64,000 nt of DNA from Hydrolagus colliei (taxonomy: Eukaryota): contig CM068742.1 in the NCBI GenBank assembly GCA_035084275.1, positions 57,846,001 to 57,910,000 of the forward strand, in the 5' to 3' direction. The position numbers were made by a program, and so were the translations under genes. Below the pieces are notes generated by a model, which saw only the letters and a program-made list of their open reading frames with translations, had not been told where the DNA came from and ran no database searches. Below, piece after piece: positions 49,741 through 63,505 of this stretch (position 1 is its first letter; each line of letters begins with the position of its first letter).

Positions 49741-52324
49741 AGTTGACTGAAAGAGTAGTAGGAAAGATAATGCTTAAGGTTGATTTCAAAGACTGAGCTT
49801 TCCAACTATTTTTGCTAGGTAGTGTTCTTCCTCCCCTTCAGCATTTATCTTTCCTTACATCAAACGCAACTGTGAACTGTGCTTGAAATAGCAGCCTATT
49901 CATTACCAGGCTCTGGTTTGTACAAATCACAGGAGCCTTTGGTGTCAAATAGAAGTGATGTCAGAAACCTCAACTGTTTGTTCACAGAAAGTGAACCAGT
50001 TGATATACAAGATTCTTTAAGGATTCAGTAATCAAATGCTTCCAAGCTGTGTCCCTTTTTAATTATATAGAACTCACTGCCCTCTCTCAGGAATATCACT
50101 GAGAGCCTTTGAGAAGATAGTCTTTAACTTTATCCAAAGCAACCATTGAGCAACACTTTCCAACACAAGACAAGCTTTGAAAAGGATCATCTGTTCTAGA
50201 GATCCTGTATTGTTTCTCGAGCCAGTTCAGTGGGTTAATTTACCACACACGTTACACAGCAATGTATTGCTGTCTTGATTAAGATTATAATTGTTTTTGA
50301 CAGAAAAGCTTTAAGCATTTCTTGCTTCCCCATATGTAGAGTCAGTCTTGACATCAAGATACTGAATTGTCAGCCAAATAGTTACCTGGCACAGTCAACA
50401 ATGTTTGGAGTGGGGATTGGAACATTTGTCAGATTATAGTATTTGAACAGAACTGGTATGGTGACTGAATGATTGGTGACTGGAAAGGTAGTGGATAGTT
50501 TCTTTCATAAAGAGTTTTGATGATATCTGTAAGGAGCAATTTAAAAATGTTAATCGTAAAATTGATCTATTAAAAAGTCAACACATGACAATTGACAAAT
50601 ATAAATAGTGTCAACAAATAGATAATTCTTAAAGGTCAGAGAACAGGATACTTTAAGACAGGCATTGGAGTAATTTTTGTTTGCACTAACTCCAGTACAT
50701 TTGTAGAGAAGTAGAAGGAAGTTGATGTCAATAAAGTGTACATACATTGAAAATAGCAGTTAAGATATGGGAGTGAGATACTGTAACAACATTTTACTGG
50801 AGTGATTGGAAAAGTGGCCTCATTACACGTCACATAGTACTAAATTTGACATTTTTATTCATATAATAATACAAATTTTTAGAAGTGTTCAGATAAAATT
50901 TCTGACACTCAGAATAATTGGTTTATTTCTTAATGAAGACAGCAATATCAATAGCACCCTGTGCCGCTTTCAACAATATCCCATTCTCCACGGAGAGTGT
51001 GCATTCCATTCCAACAATCTATTCCAACAGTTTATCTGTGGGATTTCCATGTGTAGGTGGGATGCGTGGAAAGCTCCATTTAGTTTGGATACTCTTAAGC
51101 ACAGTGATAGAATTCTGTAGGTGTCAGACACTCGGCTGACCAAAACAAAAATAGCTTATTTTTGTATCCTTATGTGGTAATGCTGTTTCCATAAGGGATT
51201 TGAGGAATACAGTAGTTCTTCTGGTCTGAATTTATATCTCTGAGCTCCATTTAAAGTTAGCAGCAGGAAATGTGTCAGCATTCTGACTGAATCAGTAATC
51301 ATGGGTTAACTTATGCTATCTCTGACCTTCCACAACCCTGTCCCTGGTTACCATTAAATGTGGCCCAGTTCAAACAAAGGGAACAAGACCCACTTAACAC
51401 AGAGAGTGATTTAACACTGGCCTGTCAGAAAATTTCTTCCACCTCAATAATTTCAAAAGCTAAAGTTGCTTGATTGTCTGCAGATTCCTTTGTCAGCCTT
51501 CTTGCTCACTTAGGAGAAACGGCAGACCAGTTATTTCCAACTCATATAACTCAAATGGAAATAAAAGTGTGACTGCATTCACCTCACCAGAAGGCAGAAC
51601 TGTTAGTTATTACTGGAGCTCAGTAAGGGGTTGACATATGCATTCAATGAGGACAAAGCAGGTATGGCAGCATAAAAAAACCAAATGCTGTCAAAATACA
51701 AGATGTTTCAATGACATGCGGTAAATGCTTGTACATAGAGTGAATTGTTGGAAACTATGAGTTACGTTGGTACAATGCAATATTTTTACTAGAAGCTGTC
51801 AAAACTCAAGAAAGAACAAATACACAAACAGTTCAAGAACACTTATATATTTTTCGGGATATATATTGGTACCAAGTGATAAGGCATAATTTTAGAGCTT
51901 TTTCGGGCTACACAACAAAGTGTTGTTTATCTGGAGCAGCACAGGTTTTTGCAATGAAGCAAATCCATTACCTCACCACAGTGTTGCCAATAGATACAAA
52001 ACCGAAAAGAGCAAGAGAGACAGATCGCAACACATGCTTGGGACTGGATTCTGAAAATCAAGTTCAAAATTTCTCACTTGCCTACGCTCAAAATTGGTAA
52101 CACCAAAAGTTGTCTTAAAATGTAACATTATGCATAATTTTGGTAAACAGGCATAAAACAGCCAATTCTCCCAATTCCTTTTGAGGTCATCCGATTTCAT
52201 GGCCGAGGAATTTTATTCCCTTGAATTGCAATGGAAGAAATTATAGAAATGTAAGTTATACACTTATCTGCATTCATAATGACATTGCAAATGTGGCTGT
52301 TGCTGTGACAATAATAATGATAGT

Positions 52325-53386
52325 AATATTAATCCTTTCATTTGATATAGCGCTTTTCACATCTTCTAGACATCTCAATGCGCTTCATAGAATATACTGT
52401 AATGTAAATTGACTGTATATTTGTGGGTGAAACACGGCAGCCAATTGCGCACAGCAGTGTCCCACAAACAGTCATGATTCATAATGACTAATTTATTATT
52501 AATATTTTTCAAGGGATTATTATTAGGAGGAAGGACTACTGAAACTTGCCCAAAGTTTTGCCCCACCTGGCAAAACCTTGGGCAAGTTTTGCCCCACCAG
52601 GTCTCTCGCTTGCAAGGCGAGTGTTTTAACCAGCTTCCTTCAGCTAAATTTGACAAGACAGAAGGTTCAACCCCCAATTATCCTTCCTTCCACACATCCA
52701 GTCCCTCACCAGCACTGCTTTCTTCCATCTCCGACGCATTGCCCGTCTCTGCCAATATTTCTCCCCAAAAGCTGTTGAAACCCTGGTCCATGCCTTTGTG
52801 GACCAGGGTTCTATTCAAATGCCCTCGTCGCCCGTCTCCCCTCCGCTACAATTCATAAAATCCAGCTCATACAGAACTTCACCGCCTGCATTCTCACCCA
52901 CACCAAACTCAGCTTCCTGATTACCCTAGTCCTTCCTTGCCAGACTGCACTAGCTCCCTGTCCCAGAGAGAATCGATTTCAAGATCCTCACGCTTGTATT
53001 TAAATCCCTCCACTCCTCTGTACTCCCCTACCTCTCTGACCTGCTCTTTCCTTACAATAATACCTGTTACCTTCGTTCCACCGGGTCTGGCTTCCTCTTT
53101 ATCCCCCAAATCCTCCGCTCCACGATCAGCAGCTGTGCCTTCAGCCACTATGCCCCGAAGCTCTGGAATTCTCTCCCTCACTCCCTTCGCCTCAATCCCT
53201 CCTTTCCTGTTTTCAGGTCTCGGCTAAAGAACTTCTTTTCGACCGCGCTTTTTGTCACTTTCTTTCCCCCCCTCTGGCTTGGCCCCGGGATCCGTTATTG
53301 GGAAACACTCTGAGACACTGTCCGGCATGGAGGGCTCTATATAAATCCAAGTTGTTGTTGTTGTAACCACTGAGCTACAGGACTCC
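52325..53386 (-). mobile_element. Full-length tRNA SINE split by an L2 insertion
   Basis: SINE tail-to-head runs 52325-52632 and resumes as TAACCACTGAGCTACAGGACTCC at 53364-53386. Confidence 0.9.
52633..53363 (+). mobile_element. L2 3' fragment with a 6-bp target duplication
   Basis: L2 ORF remnants (HIQSLTSTAFFHLRRIARL), a (GTT)n tail, and TAACCA on both flanks. Confidence 0.9.
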
Positions 53387-56300
53387 ACATGATGATGTAC
53401 ATAATGTAACTTTTGTGGAGTTATATGAATGCCATTTTACTGCTGAGCTAGTTCAAACTAGAAGTCATTTGAGTTGCCTGCACATTTTGTAAAAATCAAA
53501 ACAGTTCAGGACAGTTTTAAGTTTTTTTTTCTAAATGAACCTATTCAATAGTTTTGTCTTCACTTTTGTCCTTTCTATTCTAAAATGGAAAACTCCCGCT
53601 GGCATATGGTTTTACAAGTGCCATTATTCTCCAGCACGTTGCCAAAGTGACCCATTTTTATGTGTGAGTCCAGACAATGAGTCTTGGCAGGCTATTCAAT
53701 TGTGCAGGAACATTGCAGCTAAACTCAATCCTATCCTTAACACATTTTTCTGGATCATGATAATGGGTATCAGCTTCAGCTGAATTTTCTCTTCTCCACC
53801 CTAGGTACATTGAAACTAATTGCAGGCCCCTCCCTCCTCATCCTCCCCAGTAAACATATCTCTGGAGACAGAAGATTTTCCATAAATGTTTGCTCAATTA
53901 TCTTTGGGGATTAATGGTTAAAAGTTTGTTATCAATGGTGGGGCAGTGAATGTGGAGGAAATTAAGTGATACGGAGTAATTTTGATTTGCAATGGTGATT
54001 CTCGTGTAGAATTCAAAGGATTTTTACAAATTTACTAAAATTCTGGGCGAAATCATGGCTAACACTGCATCAGATAGTTTGGTTGTTCACTTCATAGCTG
54101 TTTGTCAGAAATTGCTTTGCATAAATTGTCTGCTTCTTTTCCTACAAATACAGTCACTACACAAAGTACCAATTTTCTGTGAAATACTTGTAATGGCTTA
54201 ATATTATAGAAACAATATCAAATGCAAGCATTATTCATTTACTACTTCATTACATCATATTATCATCAACACAAGCTTTTATTTTATCAAAATAAAATAT
54301 ATATAATAAATTTCATAAATATGAAGTGTAGAATTTCATGTTTTGCTATGTAATAATAATCCTTGCATTTGATATCCTTACATGCATAATATCCTTACAT
54401 GAGGTTATATCAGTATTCCCAAGACCAAGATCAGGAAACTGACTTTATAGTCAATTTGCTGTCTTTTATTGGCTGTGAGAATCTTTGACCAAGGGTAAAA
54501 GTACTCATTGTTGAGGTGAGCCAGGATTTTATGCTAATGGTAATCAAGTAGCACATTTCTGTTATCCCTTAACTTTTCTTTCTCTTAGTTAAGTTGCTTT
54601 AAGGAATACTGTAAATGTTTCCTCTAAGTATCTGTTTTTGTCAGCAAATGTAGCTGTCATTTGCACCAGCAGGATTCAATAACCTGCCATGCAATCAATA
54701 TCTGGAGGATTGTTGGCCAGGTACAAAGGAAATCCTTTCTCGTTTGAAAATTTTCAAATTCATCTAAACACATAGACAATACTTCAGTTTAATATATCTT
54801 GTGTAAAGCAGCACCTCAGCAAAGTTGTCAAAATCTCTATTAGCCAAGTGAACTGAGGACAAAATCCTTAACTGTTACCTAATTGCAAAGAATGGTAGGT
54901 ACAAGATTGCAAGAGCCTGAGCTTTGGGTTCCAAGAGCATGCTCACATTTGATATAGCTGCTTTCATGTTGGGAGCCTCATAAAGTGCTTCACAGGATTT
55001 CTGTGCATATTTTAGGCGAGCAAGCAGTCCCAATTCAAGGACTACCGCATTTGCATAGATGGAACTGTTGCAGTTCATGCCTATCACATTAATGTAGAGG
55101 CCTGTAGAAACTCCTGGTTCTAAAATGGCTCTTATCTATTGTCACCATTGGTGATTAAAACCATAGCAACTTCAATGTAAACATTTTCTTCATGGAAACC
55201 CTTTTATGCCACGTAGCAGCCCTGATAAAATATTAAGCTAAGATCACACAGCCTACGTCATAGAAAATTTCTATGGAGAAATACAACATTTACTTTGGAG
55301 GTGTTGTTCTTGCGGATTACACAGCAGTGACATGGGTAGAGTAATGTTTAGCTCCCATTGTTGTAGGTAGGGCATTAACAGCAATGGATCGACAATGAAC
55401 ATTTGGTCCTGCTAGAGCCGTTTTAAATTCAGGGCACACTGTATACTTCAGCACAGTAACATGTTTTCAGATTTCAGCAGCTGTCATGTGTATCAATAAA
55501 GCAAGTGTTTGCCAAAACTTCCCATCCTCTCTTAATACAAAGCCGCTTTCAAAATTAAAGGACTACCGCATCCTGCTGCGTGTGAGCATCCATCAATCTT
55601 GAAAAAAGAATTGTAAGTGTATTGTATTGGAAGTAAATCAATCATAAATTGAAGATTTAGCAGCTGAAGTAATATTCATTATATAAAACTAGACTTCACA
55701 GGGTGATGTGTGTCAGCAATGACCTCGGAACAAATATAATACAGAAGACAATAAGTTGATTGTTGCTTTTCTGCTGCATTTTATGAAACAGTGGAATAGA
55801 ATGAAAAATGACAGTGCTTTACAGTGGCTCAGGTGTCTTCGCAGCTTTAGCCCATTGATTCAATCCACAGTGACACCAGTTTAAATTGGTGCTTACCCTG
55901 ATAAAGTGAGGCTAACTGTTGGAGGTGTTAAAATTACACAAAAAATCAAAAGTTCTCCAGTTCCGATACGATGGCTGAAACACAATTGGCACAGCAGCGG
56001 CAATAATGTGAACACAGAAATGTTTGGATAAATTATTCAGCAGCATAGATATAAAGTTTTATTTTTTTATTTGAAATAATGGGTCACTGCGGCCAATTAA
56101 TCTTTTAAAATTCTTTGCTGTGCTATTCCTAAGTGGAAGAATATCACAAACCAGCATGGATCCCTCAAATAAGCACACTTGTACAATCTTAAATGAGCTG
56201 CTCCCACTACATTAATTAACCCAATTCTACTTCTGCTTTGCACCATACTAGATTTCCCTGACAACAGCTGTACCACCCAACAACCACCCTATCTGTAGCC

Positions 56301-57024
56301 TGACCATATAGTATGATGTCACCCTCCAGTCTTCCACCTTCCATCCCAGTAAGTACTCACTTAAAATGATTCTTCTCCCCTTTTAAACATCAACAAATCC
56401 CTCAAAATGAACACGTTATTAATCCTTTCCCATATGTTTCAAGGTTAAAATATGGAAAACATTTACCACATCAATGGCTTGTAACAGTTGTTTGTTTCTC
56501 ATGACTTGCCTTGGTTATTAATCCCTGAAATACTTTTTCATATCACATCTGAATCATAAACGTGGGTGTACCCCCACCTCCTCTTTATCATTTATATCAT
56601 TACTGATGATCATACCAAATGCTGCATTTTTCCTCATATGTTTTGCGTGGCTGGTTATCGTTAGAATCATGTCTACCTCTGACCTAGATCAGCTGTGCAG
56701 TGTCAATAAGCTTGAGAGAGTCACTTTCCCATTTTGATATGACAAGTTAAGGCCTCAGAGAAAAAATATTATTTCCACCCAAATGTCATGATATATTACA
56801 TTTAAAACAATAACAATGATTGATTTGATATAAAGCCTCATCACGTCATCGAGACGTCAAAGGGTTTCACAGGATTTAATAGGAAGTGTAGTGACTATGT
56901 TTATAAACATAACGTAAATGTTAATGTGTCTGGATTTATTTATGCTTGTGTTATACAATGATGCAAATAGCAATTTCTATTCCTTAACAATGGAGCATAC
57001 TCTTTCTTTCAATATCTCAGGATT

Positions 57025-58090
57025 GAAGCGGAGGGTCTCAAAACCCTCTTCTTTGACCTTTGGCCACCCTACCTGATCCTGACCACCAACTTGGGTCCAA
57101 ATCCTTGAATGTCCAGTAGATTAGGACATCCTCCTGATGTGAAAAGTGCTAACTAATGTAATTTGGGATTTCATTGAGGAAAAATCATTCTTTCTCAGAA
57201 TCGATTTATATGTTTTATTAAGAGAGTAAACCAAAAATCTGATCATGGTCAGACCAGGCTTATTATTAGAAAATAATAATTTGTACTATTATATAATAAT
57301 AAAGTTATAATAATAAAATAGTATGCAATTGGCTACCGCATTTCTCCCACAAATGTACAGTCAATTCACTTTACAATATATTTGGTGAAGCTCTTTGAGA
57401 CGACTAGGAGACAAAAGCGCTATATCAAATGCAAGGATTATTATCATTGTTATAATTATCCTCCATCCTCCTTTTTGATATAAGAAACAGATTGCTGAAA
57501 TATTATGTATGAAAAATTGTTGTAATGATAATAATATTCTTTACATTTGATATAGCAGGTTTCGCGTCGGGAGAATATCTCATAGCATCCCAGAAGTATC
57601 ACAGGATTTCTGTAATGGATAGTGACTGTATTTTGTAGGCAGAAAGCAGCCAATTTGCTCATGATAACATATTCCCTATGTATTATTGATTACTAATCAG
57701 TTTTCCTAAATCGACAACATTGATGATTGTCCCCCACACCCTGCAAAAGAAAATCATGTTTGAGTGAAATAATTTTATTTTGTATAAATAACATTGGTCA
57801 TTCACTTCTTGGCTGTTTGCGAGACGTTGCTGTATGGACATCGACTGACTTATTTACCCACCAAACACACAGTCATTCCACTTTATACTTTATAGTATAT
57901 TCTGTAAAGCGCTTTGAGACATCTCAAAGACATGATAAGGCGTTGTATCAGATGCAAAAATAATTATTATATGCTGTGAAGTACTTAGGGGTGTTCTCCT
58001 ATTGCAAAAGGTATGATTTGTTACATTGTTACATTGTGTTGTCCTCCTGACATGAAAGGCACTATACCAAATATGAGGCTTATTATTATT
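57025..58090. mobile_element. Cluster of short L2 and SINE tail fragments in both orientations
   Basis: Tails at about 57025-57165 (+), 57325-57445 (+), 57520-57670 (-), 57790-57970 (+) and 58040-58090 (+). Confidence 0.65.
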
Positions 58091-58689
58091 TATGTACCAA
58101 AACAGTGAGAATTTCAATTGTACTCACACTGTTAAGACAGCTGTGTCATTTGGGGAAACTGTTGTTAGTGCAATTTATTGTGCTGTGAGTGGAAAAGTGA
58201 TGACGTCATGATTTATTTGAACTGTCTCGATGACAACTGGAAAAAAAATTCAGATGTTCTTTGGATTTAGTCCAATTCTTTCAGTATTCAATGAATAATT
58301 GTATTTAAAGTCGTAACACTTTGAGGACTACTGCAGTAAACAAAATGAATAGAAATGAGTTTCATCAGCATGATTCAGTCTTCACTCATGCTTTTCATAA
58401 ATTTTTAGAATCTCATTTTATTACCAGAATGTGTACCTGTGGTGTGTATGTATGGGTGTTTTTATATATGGTGTGACACGTTTAGGATGGTGTGTAGAGC
58501 TATAACCCTGTGTGAAGGGTGCTATTCAAATACTATTTGTGTATGCAGTGTTCAATGTCATTGTGCATGTGTGCTGCTGTGCATTTGATGAGTGTAGCGT
58601 GTGTGTGTATATGATTTGTATGCGTAAAGTGTGTGTGCATTGTCTGATGGATCAACATGGTTTATATTGGGTGACATGTGGTCTGCATC

Positions 58690-59160
58690 CAACAACAACC
58701 TGTACCTATACAGTACTCTTCAGGCAAGTAGCATATTGGATTACTTCATAGCAATGTAATCTGATGCCAAGATGGCAAAGGGTGGAAGTGACCAAAAGCA
58801 CAATCGAGGAGCAAACTGTTTTACGTGTGATTTGAAGATGGACTGGAAGTTAAGGCAAGGAGTTCCAGAGAATATGGCCATAGCTGCTGAAAGCACAGCT
58901 GCCAATTGTGAAGTGAAGGGGTATGAGAAGCGTACACTCCAGAAGAGCTGAGCCATCTCAACAAAGGTGGGTGGTACAGGAGTGGAGTGTGAGAGCTCGG
59001 AGAGGTAGGGAGGTGCCACAACATTTGAAAGAGATTTGAAAGTGAGGATCTTGAAATTAATCCCCTCTACAACAGGGAGCCAGTGGAGCCCAGAGAGAAC
59101 TGTGCCAATGGAGTTGTGGAGTCTGGTATGGTTGAGGACACAGGCGATGGAATTTTGAAT
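58690..59160 (-). mobile_element. Old L2 fragment
   Basis: AAGGAGTTCCAGAG...GCTGAAAGCACAGC and GTGAGGATCTTGAAATT...GGGAGCCAGTGGAG are reverse L2 C-terminal motifs. Confidence 0.75.
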
Positions 59161-60936
59161 CCTTTGTTTGCAGTTGATATGTGTGGTCTGTGGAGGTAAT
59201 GTACATCTGCTAGTGTTCAGCTTATTGAAAATCTGATGAATGTAGCACCCTTCACCTAAGATTATGTCTTGGAGCGCTTTACATTGCGGAGTTGAACTAA
59301 TAATACACCAATAAATAATTGTACATACATATTTTAAAATGAATAATCTTAATAAAATTAATATTCACTTATACCAGTATCCATATATATTTAGTTGTGA
59401 AATATTATTTTCATAAATTCAACCATGCCAATTAGCAGAAACAAGTTATTTAATAGAATTCAAATCAAAGATTACCAGAATATTATTTTGGAAAAAGATC
59501 AGAAAAGGTCTTTGATGCCCATCTGGCACCAGTAAAATAAAGCTTCTATATCCCTCAATTGATTTCTTTGCTAAATAGCTTTTCAATTCTCTCTAGAATT
59601 TGCTGACACACCTCTGCTCTACCTTTTCCCTGGGTAGACCATTTCACATATTCTATAAAAAAAAAATTTAGACTGTCTATTCTTCTGAGCTTGAGACTGA
59701 ATGCAACAAGGTCCTTACTGAAATATGGTAATCAGAAGTATACATAGAATTCCAGTGCACTCCAGTGCAATGGTATTCCAGTGTTGTGTAGAGTACAAGT
59801 TTCAATATCACTTCCAGTGACATATGGTCTATTTGATTAGTGAAATGTCTTATGTTTTTGGAACCCTTTCTCCTCTTTGCATTGAGTAATCTCTATTCTT
59901 TAAGGCTCACAACCTATGCACGTTTCCTAGATCCACTGCAGGGAAACTCTTGTTATTTTAGCAGACAGAAAAATATTACAAACCTTACTATAACTAGGCC
60001 ACACAAAAGGGTCACCATTCCTGCTTCCAGTCATCAGGTTGCCTCACACATTCTTGTTAAGCAATCAGATTCCTGTGTATCTATATGTACTGTGTGCATG
60101 ATGTTCCTTTGATTCCTTTCCTGAAATGATATGCCAGCTTGGTGAAGAATTGATTCACTTTCCTTCACAAATCACCTTATGCAGTAATATTTACAGTATT
60201 TAACTTAAATAGAATGTTTTTCATTGTTTAGATGGACTATTGACAATGTATGCTTTTTTAAAAAAAAACTAGATGGGAACAGCTTGCAGCTTTCATTGAT
60301 CCAACAGGGTCTAATATCCATTTCAAATGGAATTAGGATTCAGGACATGGTCTTCTGGTACATTAGCAATAGAGTAATGATTCAGCTGGATGTGGTGCTG
60401 CACATACACAAGAAGCTGATGTCAATATCTTAGTGAAGTGTTAGGTGCTGCACACAAGAAGTAATGTTAGCAGCATGCCCTGTATATTAGTATACGTGCA
60501 CATAACAAATGCTCTTCAATTGTAATCCACATGGGTTTAGATGGTTAATTTGCAGCAGGACCCTGGTACACATTCTGTGGTACTCAACTCTTCACTCTTA
60601 CGAATCTCCCCCCAAATTGGCCAATATTATGTAAGCAGCATGTATCCTTCTGGTGAGAAAGCACACACTCCACAACAGAAAAATAGAAACTACACACGGT
60701 AAAACATGCACACACAGGGGTAAGGTGAAGTGAAGAGGCAAAGGAACCATGGTTGGAATTCCTCTCTCTAACCTGTGAATGATTGTTTGCTCTAGTGCCA
60801 ATCACCAAGGACCTTTCACCTGAACTGTGGTTCATTTTTGCTATTTGGTATTCAGTTGAAGGGAATTCGCTTACCTTTAACAATATTTCCCAAAGCAACA
60901 GTATTAGAGTCTTCCCTTTGTGTTTGTACTTGATTC

Positions 60937-61253
60937 GGAGCTCCTGTGGCTCAGTGTTTAGAGCACTTGCCTTAGAAGCATGAGACCTGTGATCGAATCC
61001 AGCCAGATCAGGATGAAACCTTGGGCAAGTTTCCTTACTCCACTAATCTAATAATAATTCATCCAAAGAAAAACACAATAATAAAAATTATTTCAATCCA
61101 CGACTGTTTGTGGGACACTGCTGTGCACAATTAATTGCAGCGTTTCGCCCATATATATAGTCAATTCACTTTACAGTATATTATGTGAAGCGCTTTGAGA
61201 TGTCGATAAGATGTGAAAAGTGCTATATCAAATGCAAGGATTATTATTATTAT
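60937..61253 (+). mobile_element. Full-length tRNA-derived SINE (variant subfamily)
   Basis: GGAGCTCCTGTGGCTCAGTG...GATCGAATCCAGCCAGATCAGG...(ATT)n tail. Confidence 0.92.
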
Positions 61254-63170
61254 ACTTTCTGCTCAATATCCAGTAAGCATTCCTACAATGATAGTAAGTG
61301 TGAGGCTGAGTTGAAATAAACAAGATAAATCCAACGTAAATCTGTTTATTGCAGCTTCACCTTACTGCAACATAAGGCTGAATAAAAATAATGGGGAACA
61401 TTTGAAATAATCACAATTAATAGAGAATGAAGATAAAAGAAACCAGTGTTTATAGATAAATCATTTGAAGTAGTGCCCACCCCTCCTGGGTCACATTGAT
61501 GTCTGCTCTTGCTGACATACTTGTTTTTTCAGATCCGTTCTATTTGGGTGATTTGTGGACGACATTGCATAAATAATGCTCCTGTGTGTTTCAAGAAAGC
61601 AACAAGAGAAAAGCATTGATTGCAGATTTGTAGATAAAAAGGAGCTCAGGGAGAGGTTTGCTCGTGTGTGCTTTAATAAAATCGGATATAGATCCGTGGA
61701 CATTTTGTGCCTTTTAGTAGATGAAATCCTAAAAAGAAAATGATTAAGCGCAGCATGAGTCAAACATCCAGAAAAAAGATTTTGTGTAATCTCCAACCCC
61801 AACACCGATAAATAGGGTGCTGTGCTATCAAAATCTGTTACTCAGTCGATCTTGCTTTCATACTCTATACTGTCCTGAAGTGTGACATAATTTGTCAGCT
61901 TGGTGAGCAATTGATTATTTTGGTTGACAAATCACCCTATTCAGTAATATTTGCCATGTTTTACTTAAATAAAATGGCTTTCAATATATAGATAGACAAC
62001 TGAAAATTCATGCTTTTTTCAGGGATCTGAACTATTTGCAGCTTTCATTGATCCAACAGCGTCTAATACCCAGTGTGCATTTCAAATAGAATTAGGAGTC
62101 AGTGTAGAGTGTTCTGCTACTTTAGTAACAGTGTATTGCTTCAGATTAATAGGATTTTTTTCAAGGACAAAGTATTCTTTGCTTCATGTGAACTGGCCGT
62201 AGTATATAGTGCACAACATGGTGCAAGTATTGTATAGATAACTGTCCAAAGTAACATCTTATTTCCTATCAATATTTGACTGTGCAATTCTTTGTGTGCT
62301 GAATGCTGACACCTTAGTCAACAGAAAGTGAATGGTAAAATATTGGATCAAGATGAGGCCACTGATCAATACCAAAATGCACATTCTGTTCATCTCAAAC
62401 GTCAGCAGTGCTTTGTAATTGCTGTCTTGGGCCAGAAAGATGGTCACCTGATGGTTTGAAATGGCTTGTAAATCAGACCACTGTGCTGTTTACGACTGAT
62501 GGCCAACTGATCAATTTATTGGTGAGGAGAAGGGGTTGATGGAGCTTCAGGGAATTATACAACATGTCTTGCTTCTCACAGCTGTTATTTTGCCCAGTCG
62601 TCTCTCATGGTGGCAACATGTTGGTAATGAAAACACCCATTTATCTTTTTGATTATAAAACTCCTGACTGCATATTGCTTAGTATCCTCTTGATATGTTG
62701 CATCTATAAAACTAGATTATGGCCATTGGCAAATTGCCAGCATGAAGCACCAGCGACTTTCAGAACAACAGCAAATTGCATTTACATAACATCTTTCAGA
62801 TGAGGGGCTGTCCTTATTATTTATCTAGCTTAGTCCACCCTGTCTATTCAAGCTTTTGCTTATACATTATAAGCAGATGCCTACACCTTTGAACCGTGTC
62901 AAATGACTTGCTGGTCAACCATCAACAATGCCAACTGCAGACTCGAATGTCTCAGTGGAACTAGTTCAAGCCCAGATAATCTCTACCTAAAGAGAATATA
63001 CATATTTCTACAACAACAACTGCAAAAGTATCCACACCAAATGGAAACTTCTATGCATTCCACATATACATAGAAATTCCAGAGATATTTATTTGAATGG
63101 AATGTCCGTATTCTCCCCAGGGATGCATTCTGCTTGCTGAATTCCTAATTGTCTAATTCTGGAGAGTATT

Positions 63171-63505
63171 ACAACAACAACAACAACAAAATTACATTTA
63201 TAGAGTGCCTTTCACGTCGGGAGGACGTCCCAAGGCACTGAACATTTAGGTCAGGACCCGCGCGGTGGGGGGAGGGGCGGAGTGTCGGGGTAGGGGGAAG
63301 GAGAGTAGGAGAGGGGTGAGAGTTAGGGGTGGAGCAGAAGGCACGGTTGAGGAGGAAGGTCTTGAGACCTGCCTTGAAGGAGGAAAGAGAGGAAGCGAGG
63401 TGAAGGGAGTTGCAGAGTGTGGGGGCAGAGAGATCCTGCCGATAGTAGGGTGGTTTGGGTGGGGGACATGGAGCAGGCCAGGCACAGGTTGGCAAGAGCC
63501 AAGCC
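63171..63505 (-). mobile_element. L2 3' fragment
   Basis: (CAA)n tail and SSLSSFKAGLKTFLLNRAF. Confidence 0.9.
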
